DNA of 64,000 nucleotides. Origin: Bacteroidia bacterium (lineage in GTDB: Bacteria > Bacteroidota > Bacteroidia > JADZBD01). Within the stretch, counting starts at the first letter, position 1. Each line of letters opens with the position of its first letter. The stretch covers positions 1,397 to 65,396 of the forward strand of contig JAGVMA010000063.1 of NCBI GenBank assembly GCA_020054095.1, given 5' to 3'. The translations under genes and the position numbers were made by a program. Below the pieces are notes generated by a model, which was not told where the DNA came from, did not search any database, and saw only the letters and a program-made list of their open reading frames with translations. Shown piece after piece: positions 11,072-20,953 of the stretch.

Positions 11072-12571
11072 TTACTTTTTCACTACTTGTTCGGGCAATG
11101 TATTGGGAATAAAATTTTTGTAATGCTCATAACGGTTAATTATTTCTTTTACATAAGTACAAGGTTCAGCGCCTCTGCAGTAGCCGTGTTTTACAACAGG
11201 ATCGTTATAATAAATTGATTTAGATTTTGAGAGCAAGTAAAACGAAACAGCATCCCAGTTGCCGCCCGCTTGCTCAAACTTAATTGCAAGGTTACGTGCA
11301 TCTATCACATGCCCTAGCCCAACATTGTATGACGCCAACACAAATTTTATTCGTTCATCTTTTTCCGGAATGTGTTTTTCCCAATACATATTAATTTTAT
11401 CGAGGTATTTTGTACCGGCATTTATACTTTGTTCGGCAGTTGCATTTAACGTATCAATACCAAAGTAAACAGCAGTTTGTGGGATAATCTGCATCAACCC
11501 GCTTGCACCAGCCCACGATAGGGCATCATTATTAAACCTCGATTCTTGGCAAATAAGCGATGCGAGCATTCGCCAATCCCAATTAATTTTTGTTGCATAC
11601 TTTTTTATCAGTTCATCGTACTCCGAAATATTATTGCCCGATTGCGAAAAATAGTCACTGTCTATTCGTTCTTTTACTCCTCTATTATTTTGAAAATATT
11701 TAGCATAAGTGTGAGAAAAATTACCTTTTCGTTTTGCTTTTACAATCCAATTATTGATAATAGACAAAAGCATTTCTGAATTTTTTCTTACCGCCCATGC
11801 AATTTGCTGCGGCAAACTTAGTTCGGTTTTAGTATCAATATTCGGGAAATAGGTTTGGTTTACCATTGCCACATTTTCATCAGCAACAGTAAAATCAATT
11901 ACTCCACCTGCAACCATACTAATAAGTTCTTCTGTTTCTTTTGTTCCGGGAGCGGCAATAATATTTATATCTCCTCCTATTTCTTCCGATATATTTTGTA
12001 ATCGCTCGTAAAACGATGACTCCCTTCTCACATAAATTTCTTTGCCCACCAAATCATATACATTACGAATTAATTTTTTATTCAGTGTTTGTTGAGTCAA
12101 TTTTTTCCAGTTATCAGGTTTGCGTTGCACAAGCACTTGGCAGGTATATAAAATAGGTTTGGTAAAATTTACTTTTGTAAGTCGCTCTTTTGTTATTGTT
12201 AAGTTAGCTGCAACAATATCTACATCTCCATTATTCAATTGCCAAAAAACATCATCTAAATTTTTTGCCAATTTTAGCTCTAATTCTATTCCTGTCGATT
12301 TACAAAAATCGCTTAGCAGTTCGTATTCAAAACCCATCGGCTCACCTTTGTATATAAAGTATCCGGTTGAACTGTAATCGGTAAGCACAATTAATTTTCC
12401 GCGCTTTAAAATACTGTCAAAATCTACAGTAGCATTTTCAGCATTAGGTTTTTTATGTGATTGAAAAATTGAATTAGAAGCAGACTTGTACTTATACATA
12501 AAAACCAACCCGGTAAAGAGAGCAAGTAACAACAAACTGAAGCTTTTTAGTTTTATGGATGGGGTAACCAT
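11072..12571 (-). CDS. mltF: Lytic transglycosylase MltF (substrate-binding domain + SLT domain)
   Basis: YFIYKGEPMGFEYEL, ANLTITKER; SLT motifs QESRF, GLMQ, ASYNVG. Confidence 0.88.
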   Translation of the reverse strand: MVTPSIKLKSFSLLLLALFTGLVFMYKYKSASNSIFQSHKKPNAENATVDFDSILKRGKLIVLTDYSSTGYFIYKGEPMGFEYELLSDFCKSTGIELELKLAKNLDDVFWQLNNGDVDIVAANLTITKERLTKVNFTKPILYTCQVLVQRKPDNWKKLTQQTLNKKLIRNVYDLVGKEIYVRRESSFYERLQNISEEIGGDINIIAAPGTKETEELISMVAGGVIDFTVADENVAMVNQTYFPNIDTKTELSLPQQIAWAVRKNSEMLLSIINNWIVKAKRKGNFSHTYAKYFQNNRGVKERIDSDYFSQSGNNISEYDELIKKYATKINWDWRMLASLICQESRFNNDALSWAGASGLMQIIPQTAVYFGIDTLNATAEQSINAGTKYLDKINMYWEKHIPEKDERIKFVLASYNVGLGHVIDARNLAIKFEQAGGNWDAVSFYLLSKSKSIYYNDPVVKHGYCRGAEPCTYVKEIINRYEHYKNFIPNTLPEQVVKK

Positions 12572-12665
12572 AGGTGCCTCCTTTTATTAGGTTTTTCACA
12601 CTCCGTTTAACGCAAGCCAATGTGAATAGTGATAAATATTAGCTATACGGCACGCAATCGTTGAT

Positions 12666-12673
12666 TAAATTTG
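12666..12673 (+). promoter_or_regulatory. -7 promoter element TAAATTTG (near-leaderless Nudix transcript)
   Basis: TAnnTTTG match 4 nt before the ATG at 12678. Confidence 0.45.
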
Positions 12674-12677
12674 CCAA

Positions 12678-13325
12678 ATGTTCGACCAATTTATAGCACA
12701 TGTAAAACACAGAATACAAGAGCCACTGCCGGGAGCTGAGGCGCAATACAAAATGGCGCCTATTGGTAGAAAAACTGCGCAAGAATATTTAGCTAAACAA
12801 AACATAAAACCAAAAATTGGCTGCGTTATGATTTTGCTTTATCCCAGCGATGATAAAATAATGATTCCGCTTACGCTTAGAAGCACTTATGACGGCACCC
12901 ACAGTGGGCAAGTTAGTTTCCCCGGTGGCAAACACGATGAGGCGGATACTGATTTAAGCCACACAGCTTTGCGCGAAACAGAAGAAGAATTAGGAATACA
13001 AAAAAGCAGTATCGTTTTAATTGGCAAACTTACCGACTTGTATATTCCGCCAAGCAATTTTTTAGTACATCCATTCTTAGGTTACTGTAACACAAAACCA
13101 TCGTTCAAAAAAAACGAAAGAGAAGTGGCAGAAATATTAGAAGTAGAAACAAACCGTTTGGCCGATAAATCCATTATAAAACAAAAAAAAATATACAATA
13201 AAACTTTTGGCTGGACAGTTAACACGCCTTATTATGAAATAGCTAACCAAACTGTGTGGGGCGCAACGGCAATGATAATAAGCGAGCTAAACGAGTTGAT
13301 TTTAAATGAGCCCTCGGGCTTTTAA
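12678..13325 (+). CDS. Nudix hydrolase, CoA pyrophosphatase type
   Basis: HSGQVSFPGGK and ALRETEEELG Nudix box; VWGATA. Confidence 0.9.
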   Translation: MFDQFIAHVKHRIQEPLPGAEAQYKMAPIGRKTAQEYLAKQNIKPKIGCVMILLYPSDDKIMIPLTLRSTYDGTHSGQVSFPGGKHDEADTDLSHTALRETEEELGIQKSSIVLIGKLTDLYIPPSNFLVHPFLGYCNTKPSFKKNEREVAEILEVETNRLADKSIIKQKKIYNKTFGWTVNTPYYEIANQTVWGATAMIISELNELILNEPSGF

Positions 13326-14636
13326 CTCCAAGTACTTATTTATTGTGTTGATTGATAAATCTTCGGGGCGAGATAAAATGATTTGAATACCAAACTGGCG
13401 TAGCCCTTGTATTATCTGATATTTTTCGTGAACAAATTTTTGCGCCACGGTTTGATGATAAATGTCTTCCACGTTTTTGCAATCATTGGTAGTATAATCA
13501 CTTATCTCGGTGTTTTCAAAAAATATTACCACTAATAAGTGCTGCATGTTTATTTTACGAAGTATTGGCAACACGCGCTCGAGTGAATAAAAACTTTCAA
13601 AATTTGTGTAAAGAAAAAGCAAACTTCTTCCTTTTACAAAATTTCTGATAGAGTGGTAAAGCATCTCGTAATTTGCTTCAAAATTTCTGTCTTGTACGTG
13701 ATAAAGACCGTCTAAAATTTTTCGCAAATGACTCATGCTGCTGTCTGCTTTAAGCATGCTGCCCTGTTTATCTGAGAAAGTAATTAAACCTGTTCTATCT
13801 TGTTTTTGAAGTGCTGTGTTAGATATAATTAATGAAGTATTAATTGCATGGTCGAGTAAACTGAGCCCATTAAATGGCATACGCATATTGCGGCTGTTAT
13901 CAATCACATTGTAAACTTGCTGCGAACGCTCTTCTTCATATTGGTTAACCATTATTTCGGCTTGCCTGCCTGTGGCTTTCCAATTTATTGTGCGCATATC
14001 ATCGCCTCTCACATAGTTTTTTATTTGCTCAAATTCGTAGCTATGCCCTATTCTTCTTAATTTTTTCACGCCATGAAAATGGGCAATCCGAGCCATCGTT
14101 TTCAATTCAAATTCCTTCATTTGAATAATGGATGGGTAAACAGGAACCATTGTTTCTGCTGCAACAGGAAACCTTCGTTCGATAAAACCAAGTGCTGTTT
14201 TAGCATAAATATTTATTTTTCCAAACTGATATTCTCCACGCAAAGTGGGATGCAAAACGTAGTTTATAATTTGCTCTTCACCGGGGAGTAAGGTGATATT
14301 AAAATTAAAATCGCGTTTTTGTAATTGGCTTGGCATCTCATCCACCACATTCAAATCTAACTTTAAGCCGAATTTATTTTGTACATAAATTTTCACATGA
14401 TTATCGCTGCCAAGCGAAAGTACTTTAGTAGTTACACGGTTAGCCGTAACATTTACCGATGGATTAAACAGCATAAAAACTTCGGCAAGCACCAATGCCA
14501 TTGCAACCACAATTAATGCCTGTGCAATTGGGAATAAAAGACCTAACGTGAAACTAATTACAAACAGCAATGCAATGATGCCGAAAAGAAAAAAGAAACG
14601 ATTGGTAATATATATGTTGCCGAAAAACTTGCGCAT
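13302..14636 (-). CDS. DUF58 domain protein (vWA-like MoxR partner) with N-terminal TM helices
   Basis: EFEQIKNYVRGDDMRTINWKATGR DUF58 motif, directly downstream of MoxR. Confidence 0.9.
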   Translation of the reverse strand: MRKFFGNIYITNRFFFLFGIIALLFVISFTLGLLFPIAQALIVVAMALVLAEVFMLFNPSVNVTANRVTTKVLSLGSDNHVKIYVQNKFGLKLDLNVVDEMPSQLQKRDFNFNITLLPGEEQIINYVLHPTLRGEYQFGKINIYAKTALGFIERRFPVAAETMVPVYPSIIQMKEFELKTMARIAHFHGVKKLRRIGHSYEFEQIKNYVRGDDMRTINWKATGRQAEIMVNQYEEERSQQVYNVIDNSRNMRMPFNGLSLLDHAINTSLIISNTALQKQDRTGLITFSDKQGSMLKADSSMSHLRKILDGLYHVQDRNFEANYEMLYHSIRNFVKGRSLLFLYTNFESFYSLERVLPILRKINMQHLLVVIFFENTEISDYTTNDCKNVEDIYHQTVAQKFVHEKYQIIQGLRQFGIQIILSRPEDLSINTINKYLELKARGLI

Positions 14637-14639
14637 ACC

Positions 14640-15623
14640 TTATCTGGGCACTTCTATTTTTTCAATTATCTCTTTAATAATATCTTCCGGATGCAGCCCT
14701 TCCATTTCGCGCTCGGGGGTTAAAATTATGCGATGATTTAAAACCGGATAAGCCATTTGCTTAATATCATCTGGGGTAACAAAATCGCGGCCACTCATTA
14801 CGGCAAGTGCTTTAGAAGTACGCATAATAGCAAGCGATGCGCGTGGCGATGCTCCCAAAAATAAATCGCCATTATTGCGTGTGTTATTTATTATTTCGGC
14901 AATGTATTTTAGCAACTCATCTTTAATGTGAATTTTTTCAATTATATCTCTGCATTCTTTAATATCATTTGCGCCTAAAACCGGATTAACATCTTGCGCA
15001 GTAGCAATTGAAAAATCGTTTTTAAATTTATTTAAAATCTCTGTTTCTTGCTCCAAAGTAGGATAGTGCAATTTTATTCTGAACACAAACCTATCTAATT
15101 GCGCTTCGGGTAGTTTATAGGTTCCTTCCTGCTCTATTGGATTTTGAGTTGCCATAATAAAAAATGGTGCATCCATTTTATAAGTAACGCCATCAATTGT
15201 TACCTGGCGCTCTTCCATTACCTCGAACAAAGCTGCTTGTGTTTTGGCAGGCGAGCGATTAATTTCATCTATCAAAACTAAATTTGAAAAAATAGGACCT
15301 TTGTTAAAAGTAAAGTCCGATGTTTTCATGTTAAATACAGATGTGCCCGTAACATCTGTTGGCATTAAATCGGGAGTAAATTGAATGCGCGAAAAACCTA
15401 CCGATAATGTTTTAGCAAGTAATTTTGCGGTTAGTGTTTTAGCAATGCCAGGCACTCCTTCGAGCAGTACATGACCATTGGTAAATAGCGCTACAAGCAT
15501 TTGATCTATCATTTGATCCTGGCCTACTATTACCTTTCGGATTTCGGTTTTCACTTGCATTACAGCAGCATTAATCCGATTAATGCTTTCCTGATTTTTG
15601 GATGTTAGGTTTGTTTCTTCCAT
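14640..15623 (-). CDS. moxR: MoxR family AAA+ ATPase
   Basis: GHVLLEGVPGIAKT, RIQFTPDLMP, DEINR, ATQNPIEQEGTY, GASPRA. Confidence 0.96.
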   Translation of the reverse strand: MEETNLTSKNQESINRINAAVMQVKTEIRKVIVGQDQMIDQMLVALFTNGHVLLEGVPGIAKTLTAKLLAKTLSVGFSRIQFTPDLMPTDVTGTSVFNMKTSDFTFNKGPIFSNLVLIDEINRSPAKTQAALFEVMEERQVTIDGVTYKMDAPFFIMATQNPIEQEGTYKLPEAQLDRFVFRIKLHYPTLEQETEILNKFKNDFSIATAQDVNPVLGANDIKECRDIIEKIHIKDELLKYIAEIINNTRNNGDLFLGASPRASLAIMRTSKALAVMSGRDFVTPDDIKQMAYPVLNHRIILTPEREMEGLHPEDIIKEIIEKIEVPR

Positions 15624-15631
15624 TTTATTTT

Positions 15632-16906
15632 TTATTTACAATTTTTATAAAAATTATCTATTGATTGATGAAACTTAATGAGTTCAGTGTCTTCCATCAT
15701 CATGCTTGTTTTAATGATGAGATTGTATTGACCGAATATGCCATCTACCACATGGTAAGGCAACTGCGATTTTAACGAAATTTTTTGCATCAATTGATTA
15801 TCAACCTGCGATGTGGGCAGGTGATATTTATTGCGAATAAAAGTTAAGAACTGTCGCATTTTCAAGCGGCATAAATTTTTGTGATCGTTCTGCAAAAAGT
15901 ATAATCGCCCCATGGTTTGCACAAATTCTAATGATGTGTTATTGTTAGGAACAATCATTGGTATAGGTTTCTGCTTTCGTTTAGCACGAAACAAAACATA
16001 TACAAGAACCATGGCAAGCAAAATATACCAAGCCCAACGCATGCTTTTAAACGACAGTAAATATTGCAGCGGCCCTTCGTTTAATCCGTGCATGCCTTCT
16101 TGCTTTTGTTTCATGTAATGTGGCATGCGGTTGTATTCGTCCCAATACGTTTTGCCGGCAGGCAGATGAGAAAAAACTCCTGAGGCATAATCCACACCAC
16201 TTTCTTCAATCATGTAATAGTTTGTGAACATGAGCGGAGTTGAATGAAAGTAGAAATGGCCTTTGCCGTAATCAACTCGCATAAAATTTACAAAGGCAGA
16301 ATCATTTTCTGTTTTAAAATAACCCAACTTTGTAAATGTTTGCGAATAATCGCACAGGTAATCATCATTCATATAGCTCCACCAATAATGAGTAGGGCCG
16401 TACCTGCGCTTGTGGCTGTACTTGTATGGCGATTTGGTTTTTAACGAATCATGGAAAAAATTAGCGAACACAACCGAGTCGGCTCTGTAACTAAATCCTT
16501 GGTAGTTATAACCACACTGATAATCATAGAGCATGTACAAAAACTCGTCAGGAATTTGTTTGCAACATATAAGCGCATTATTACCTTGATAAATAAAGGT
16601 GAGCAAATCTTCTTTTGAAGCTGAATCTAAAAAAAGCGCTTCACCAATAAAAACATAATTTGCATTTGTTAAACTATCTTTTTCATTTTTCAAATAACTG
16701 CTTATTCCTTTTGTCATTTCAACAAATGTATCTTTCTCGAAATAAGTTTTAGCCATTTTATGTATTACATATCCACCATAAGGCTCCTTGTAGTCGTTAT
16801 TATAATTTTCGTACCACTGGTATTTTTCATCAGTGCGTGTAAAATAAAACAGTAAGCTCAGGCAAGCCACAATTACAATAATTATTATCCAAACCTGTTT
16901 ACTCAT
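15632..16906 (-). CDS. DUF4350-like membrane-anchored protein
   Basis: N-terminal anchor, KEPYG motif, C-terminal TM then KRKQKPIP and SLEFVQTMGRLY; position in the MoxR cluster. Confidence 0.75.
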   Translation of the reverse strand: MSKQVWIIIIVIVACLSLLFYFTRTDEKYQWYENYNNDYKEPYGGYVIHKMAKTYFEKDTFVEMTKGISSYLKNEKDSLTNANYVFIGEALFLDSASKEDLLTFIYQGNNALICCKQIPDEFLYMLYDYQCGYNYQGFSYRADSVVFANFFHDSLKTKSPYKYSHKRRYGPTHYWWSYMNDDYLCDYSQTFTKLGYFKTENDSAFVNFMRVDYGKGHFYFHSTPLMFTNYYMIEESGVDYASGVFSHLPAGKTYWDEYNRMPHYMKQKQEGMHGLNEGPLQYLLSFKSMRWAWYILLAMVLVYVLFRAKRKQKPIPMIVPNNNTSLEFVQTMGRLYFLQNDHKNLCRLKMRQFLTFIRNKYHLPTSQVDNQLMQKISLKSQLPYHVVDGIFGQYNLIIKTSMMMEDTELIKFHQSIDNFYKNCK

Positions 16907-16907
16907 T

Positions 16908-17708
16908 TTATTTTACGTTTGTTTTTAGATTTTTCAAAAACACATCGAAGTGCGGAACAATTTTCAAAAATAAATTTTCTTCAATAGTGTTTTCGCCATA
17001 CCAAGCATATTCAAATGTTTGTGTGATTTCTCTAAAGTCGGTGTAATTTTCTCTGCTGCTCATTTCTACCAAATACTCGTAATTTGTTTTGTCTTTTTTC
17101 CACTTTATCCATTCTTTAACGGATAGTTCTTTTATCACCATTAAATAATAAAGGCGCACGGCAAGTCGGTAATTTTTTTCGCTAATTGCTTTTTGCAAAT
17201 AGGCATCTAAATCCGATTCATGTAAATTTTCTTCTATCTTTTCGATATTAAACACTTCATTGTTCAGTGCCGTGTTTGACAAAAACAAAGTTCTCTTTAA
17301 CAGTTTATACAAAACAAATGCTATTACAAAAACGGCAATTGCAATTAATGCAAAGCGTGCGAAAGATTTCCAAAATGAATAAGATGCATTAGGTTTATTC
17401 ATCGTTTTTTTATATTTCTTTTTTGTAGTGGCTGAGTCTAATTTTTTTTCTGCTTCGGTGTAGTCAAATTCCTTGGTGATTTCCTGCCACTTGTTTTTAT
17501 CAAAATTGCGCTTGTTAATAGTATCTTGTAAATACAATGCATGCTTATCAATTAAAGTAGTGGTGTCAATTTCTTCGCCATTGTAGTACATATCAGATGT
17601 GTCGGCACTCAGCGCTTCTTGTACTTTCGCCTCAACCGGCTCGGTCTCTTGCCCAAAAAGATTAAAGCAAAATACACAAAAGAGCTGTGTAAAAAACTTA
17701 CGCTGCAT
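16908..17708 (-). CDS. DUF4129 domain protein
   Basis: YRLAVRLYYL, WKKDKTNYEY, FEYAWYG motifs after one TM helix. Confidence 0.8.
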   Translation of the reverse strand: MQRKFFTQLFCVFCFNLFGQETEPVEAKVQEALSADTSDMYYNGEEIDTTTLIDKHALYLQDTINKRNFDKNKWQEITKEFDYTEAEKKLDSATTKKKYKKTMNKPNASYSFWKSFARFALIAIAVFVIAFVLYKLLKRTLFLSNTALNNEVFNIEKIEENLHESDLDAYLQKAISEKNYRLAVRLYYLMVIKELSVKEWIKWKKDKTNYEYLVEMSSRENYTDFREITQTFEYAWYGENTIEENLFLKIVPHFDVFLKNLKTNVK

Positions 17709-19581
17709 TTTGTGATGTGTTTTTTACAGTCGGCAATTTCATTTTTGCAATTTTATTTTTTAGCCCTGTTGCAGTTCTTATTTCGGTAATTGAAAAATGT
17801 TGTAACGTGAAAGAAACAATGTAAATAGATAGTGCAAAATTTAGTCCTATATAATTTAAAAAACTAAAAAAGCCAACAAAAAACTTACGATACTGCTCGG
17901 GGCTTAAATTAATATTCCAATTAATTACTTCAAAAATAAACCAAGTGATGTACTCTGAGGAGAGTACGACCATGAATAAAAAGCAAATAATAATGTTGAT
18001 GACATGCAAGCCATAAGCTCTGGCAAAAAAAACCAAGCCAAATGAAAAGCCCTTGCCAAACGATGAAAACAAACTGTTTTTTTCAAATACCGATGAGCAA
18101 TACCAATGCATATAAACCGGCATGAGTAAGAAAATAAACCAAACACATGCTTCGGGCGATGCATAAGCAAAAAGCGTGGAAACAATGCCTGCCAAAAAAC
18201 TTTTTGTAAATATTTTTATCCAATACGCAGTATTTCTTTTCTGATTGGGCTCAATTTGTTTTTTAATAAAATAAACTGTTAAAAAAGCAGTAGCGGAATA
18301 CATCAACCCGTTAACTATTGCAAGCAAAGGAAACCTGCCATAGCTGAAATATTGAACCAAATCAATGAAAGAGGTAAAAATATTCGCTATTGTATCAAAG
18401 AAATTACCGGTGTTAAGCGAAAACTCAAATTTTAAATTATCACTTAATAAATAGCCGCAGAGTATTGCAGCCAAAACTGAAAAAGAAAAAACAAACCAAA
18501 ATAGTTTCGAGAAAAAAACACGAAACAATCCAAATGTATGCTGCATTATTTCACCATTATTTTTTACTTCGGTTAGTTCTAATTTTTCTTCAACAGATTC
18601 AGGCAACTTGCCATCTTCTATTGGTTTTGAAAACCCTTTTCGCGAACGCTTATAAGGCAACCAAATAAAATATCCGAAAATAAATGCTGCGGAAACTAAA
18701 ATGAGCAGCGCCTTTAAAATATCGGGGAAACCCGTGTAGCGTGTAATAAAACTTTCGATGAAAGCGGCAAATGTAATCACTGGAGCTATGCCAAGCATTA
18801 TTTTTATTGCTCTGCGCGATGATAACCGAAACGATTGCATGCGCGTATACGTGCCCGGAAAAACCAATCCTATTCCAAAAGTAATTCCGGCACCACCTGC
18901 AATAATAATACTCGAAATTTCTAACGTACCGTGCAGCCATATAGATAGTGCCGATTTAAGAAATAAACCATGCTGAACAAAAAAGTATTGAAAGGTGCCC
19001 ACCATTATTCCGTTATAAATCATAATAGCAATTGTACCAATAGCGTAAAAAATACCCATAATAAAAGTGCGCACTGCAACCATAATATTGTTGAACGTGA
19101 TACCAAGCATCATAAAATCTTGCCGCTGTCCTTTGTAAACCGCCATCGGGTCGCCCTTTTGTATATTTTCCAGAGTCATTGATACATAATAATCGCCTAA
19201 AATTAATCTTGGAAAATCGGGATTATGAATGCAACAGAAAACACCAATTGCAGCTGACAATAAAAAAATGATAAGCGACAAAGTCATTGCCCTACGCGAT
19301 TCCCACATTATTTGTGGCAGCTCTTCTTTCCAAAAATTTACAAAGCGCTGTTTTTTTGTACTTCTGTTTTTATAAATGCTGTGAAATACTTTCTGCGAAA
19401 CATTGTTCAAATAAACCCTAACTGAACGAAAGCGATAAAATGTTCGAGAATAAGAAAGGTCGTCAGTTATCTGAACAAATAAATTGCTCAGCTTCTCCGG
19501 ATTTTTATTTGGATGCTTCAACTCCTTTTCAAATTCCAACCACTTATCCTTATTTTGCTTTATAAACTGTGTTTCTTTCAA
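17698..19581 (-). CDS. Stage II sporulation protein M (SpoIIM/DUF95) membrane protein with extra C-terminal multi-TM region
   Basis: TDDLSYSRTFY, GDPMAVY, HGTLEIS, AAFIESFITR; about 300 further aa with several TM helices; TTG start. Confidence 0.85.
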   Translation of the reverse strand: MKETQFIKQNKDKWLEFEKELKHPNKNPEKLSNLFVQITDDLSYSRTFYRFRSVRVYLNNVSQKVFHSIYKNRSTKKQRFVNFWKEELPQIMWESRRAMTLSLIIFLLSAAIGVFCCIHNPDFPRLILGDYYVSMTLENIQKGDPMAVYKGQRQDFMMLGITFNNIMVAVRTFIMGIFYAIGTIAIMIYNGIMVGTFQYFFVQHGLFLKSALSIWLHGTLEISSIIIAGGAGITFGIGLVFPGTYTRMQSFRLSSRRAIKIMLGIAPVITFAAFIESFITRYTGFPDILKALLILVSAAFIFGYFIWLPYKRSRKGFSKPIEDGKLPESVEEKLELTEVKNNGEIMQHTFGLFRVFFSKLFWFVFSFSVLAAILCGYLLSDNLKFEFSLNTGNFFDTIANIFTSFIDLVQYFSYGRFPLLAIVNGLMYSATAFLTVYFIKKQIEPNQKRNTAYWIKIFTKSFLAGIVSTLFAYASPEACVWFIFLLMPVYMHWYCSSVFEKNSLFSSFGKGFSFGLVFFARAYGLHVINIIICFLFMVVLSSEYITWFIFEVINWNINLSPEQYRKFFVGFFSFLNYIGLNFALSIYIVSFTLQHFSITEIRTATGLKNKIAKMKLPTVKNTSQNAA

Positions 19582-19706
19582 GCGATGTATTTAGAAAATT
19601 TAACCGTAAATATAATTATATAAAGCAGCAATAAATACTTGTTTCAGCAAATTAATCTGTTCGTGTAAAGGATAATACTTTTTACATTTATGGGTTAGAA
19701 ATCTAT

Positions 19707-20438
19707 ATGCCAAACATAGAAATATTTACTGCCCAAAATGTGCCTATCGAGTACGAACTTGCCGGCTTGCGCGATCGCTGCTTGGCGTTTTTACTTGACT
19801 TTACAATAATATCGGCAGTATTAATAATACTGTTAATTGGCTTGGCATTTGCCGGTGTGGGCGAAACTTTAATGATTTACACTGTGTATTTTGTTTTCAT
19901 TCCTATTTTCTTTTTTTACTCGTTGGCAATGGAAATATTTAACGATGGACAATCGGTAGGAAAATTGGCATTAAAAATAAAAGTAGTGCGCCTAAGTGGC
20001 GATGAAGTTACGCCCAACGATTATATTGTGCGCTGGATGTTTAGAATGATTGACATTTATTTTTCTTTTGGCTCCATTGCATCTATGCTAGTGGGCTCAT
20101 CAGAAAAGGGGCAACGCATGGGCGATATAGTAGCTAATACTACCGTAGTTCGGTTGCAACCACGTCACCAAATGGCATTAACCGATTTGTTAAAAATAGG
20201 AACTACTGAAAATTACCAAGTAAAATTTCAGGATGCACGAAAACTAAATGAAGATGATATGCTGCTTTTAAAGCAAGTGTTAGAGCGCCATCAGCGATTT
20301 GAAAACGATGCACACAAGCAAGCTGTAATTACCATTGCTAATAACATAGCAATGCAACTAAACTTAGAAAAAACTCCGGTTAACAAAATTGATTTTTTAA
20401 AAACAGTATTGCGCGATTATGTTGTGCTTACCCGCTAA
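19707..20438 (+). CDS. RDD family membrane protein
   Basis: RCLAFLLD, GQSVGK, QRMGDIVANTTVV; divergent from spoIIM. Confidence 0.9.
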   Translation: MPNIEIFTAQNVPIEYELAGLRDRCLAFLLDFTIISAVLIILLIGLAFAGVGETLMIYTVYFVFIPIFFFYSLAMEIFNDGQSVGKLALKIKVVRLSGDEVTPNDYIVRWMFRMIDIYFSFGSIASMLVGSSEKGQRMGDIVANTTVVRLQPRHQMALTDLLKIGTTENYQVKFQDARKLNEDDMLLLKQVLERHQRFENDAHKQAVITIANNIAMQLNLEKTPVNKIDFLKTVLRDYVVLTR

Positions 20439-20941
20439 TGCTTATGCAAGATAGAGTTGAGAGAGAGAAAAAAATTAGAATCACCAAAATAGATGTGGCG
20501 TATAAGAAAGCAGAAACATACTGCGCCTATCAAGAACGCTGCCAGCAAGAAGTAAGAAACAAATTATACGAATGGGGATTGTGGCCGGATGCTGTTGAAA
20601 AAATAATCGCCCAGCTAATTACCGAAAATTTTTTAAACGAAGAACGCTTTGCAAAAGCGTATGCAGGTGGAAAATTCCGAATTAAAAAATGGGGACGTCT
20701 GAAAATAAAAATCGAATTGAAAAAAAGAAGAATAACAGATTATTGCCTTAAAGCTGCAATGAGTGAAATAGATGATGACGACTACACGGCTGCTTTAAAA
20801 CAAATAATTGAAAAACGGCTTAGCCAACTAAAAGGTAAAAAACAGTTGCAATTTCAAAACGCTGCTCGCTATGCTATATCAAGAGGATACGAAGGCGATT
20901 TGGTGTGGGATTTAATTAAAACATTACAATCTAAATCATAG
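20438..20941 (+). CDS. recX: RecA regulator RecX
   Basis: YCAYQERCQQEV, FLNEERFAKAY, KKWGRLKI, SRGYE. Confidence 0.9.
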   Translation: MLMQDRVEREKKIRITKIDVAYKKAETYCAYQERCQQEVRNKLYEWGLWPDAVEKIIAQLITENFLNEERFAKAYAGGKFRIKKWGRLKIKIELKKRRITDYCLKAAMSEIDDDDYTAALKQIIEKRLSQLKGKKQLQFQNAARYAISRGYEGDLVWDLIKTLQSKS

Positions 20942-20953
20942 TTATATTTGAGT

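Noticed and set aside
13302-13325. 24-nt convergent overlap of the Nudix and DUF58 genes
   Set aside because: Short 3' overlaps are common in compact genomes
17698-19581. SpoIIM as evidence of sporulation
   Set aside because: The family is widespread in non-sporulating bacteria and no other sporulation genes are present
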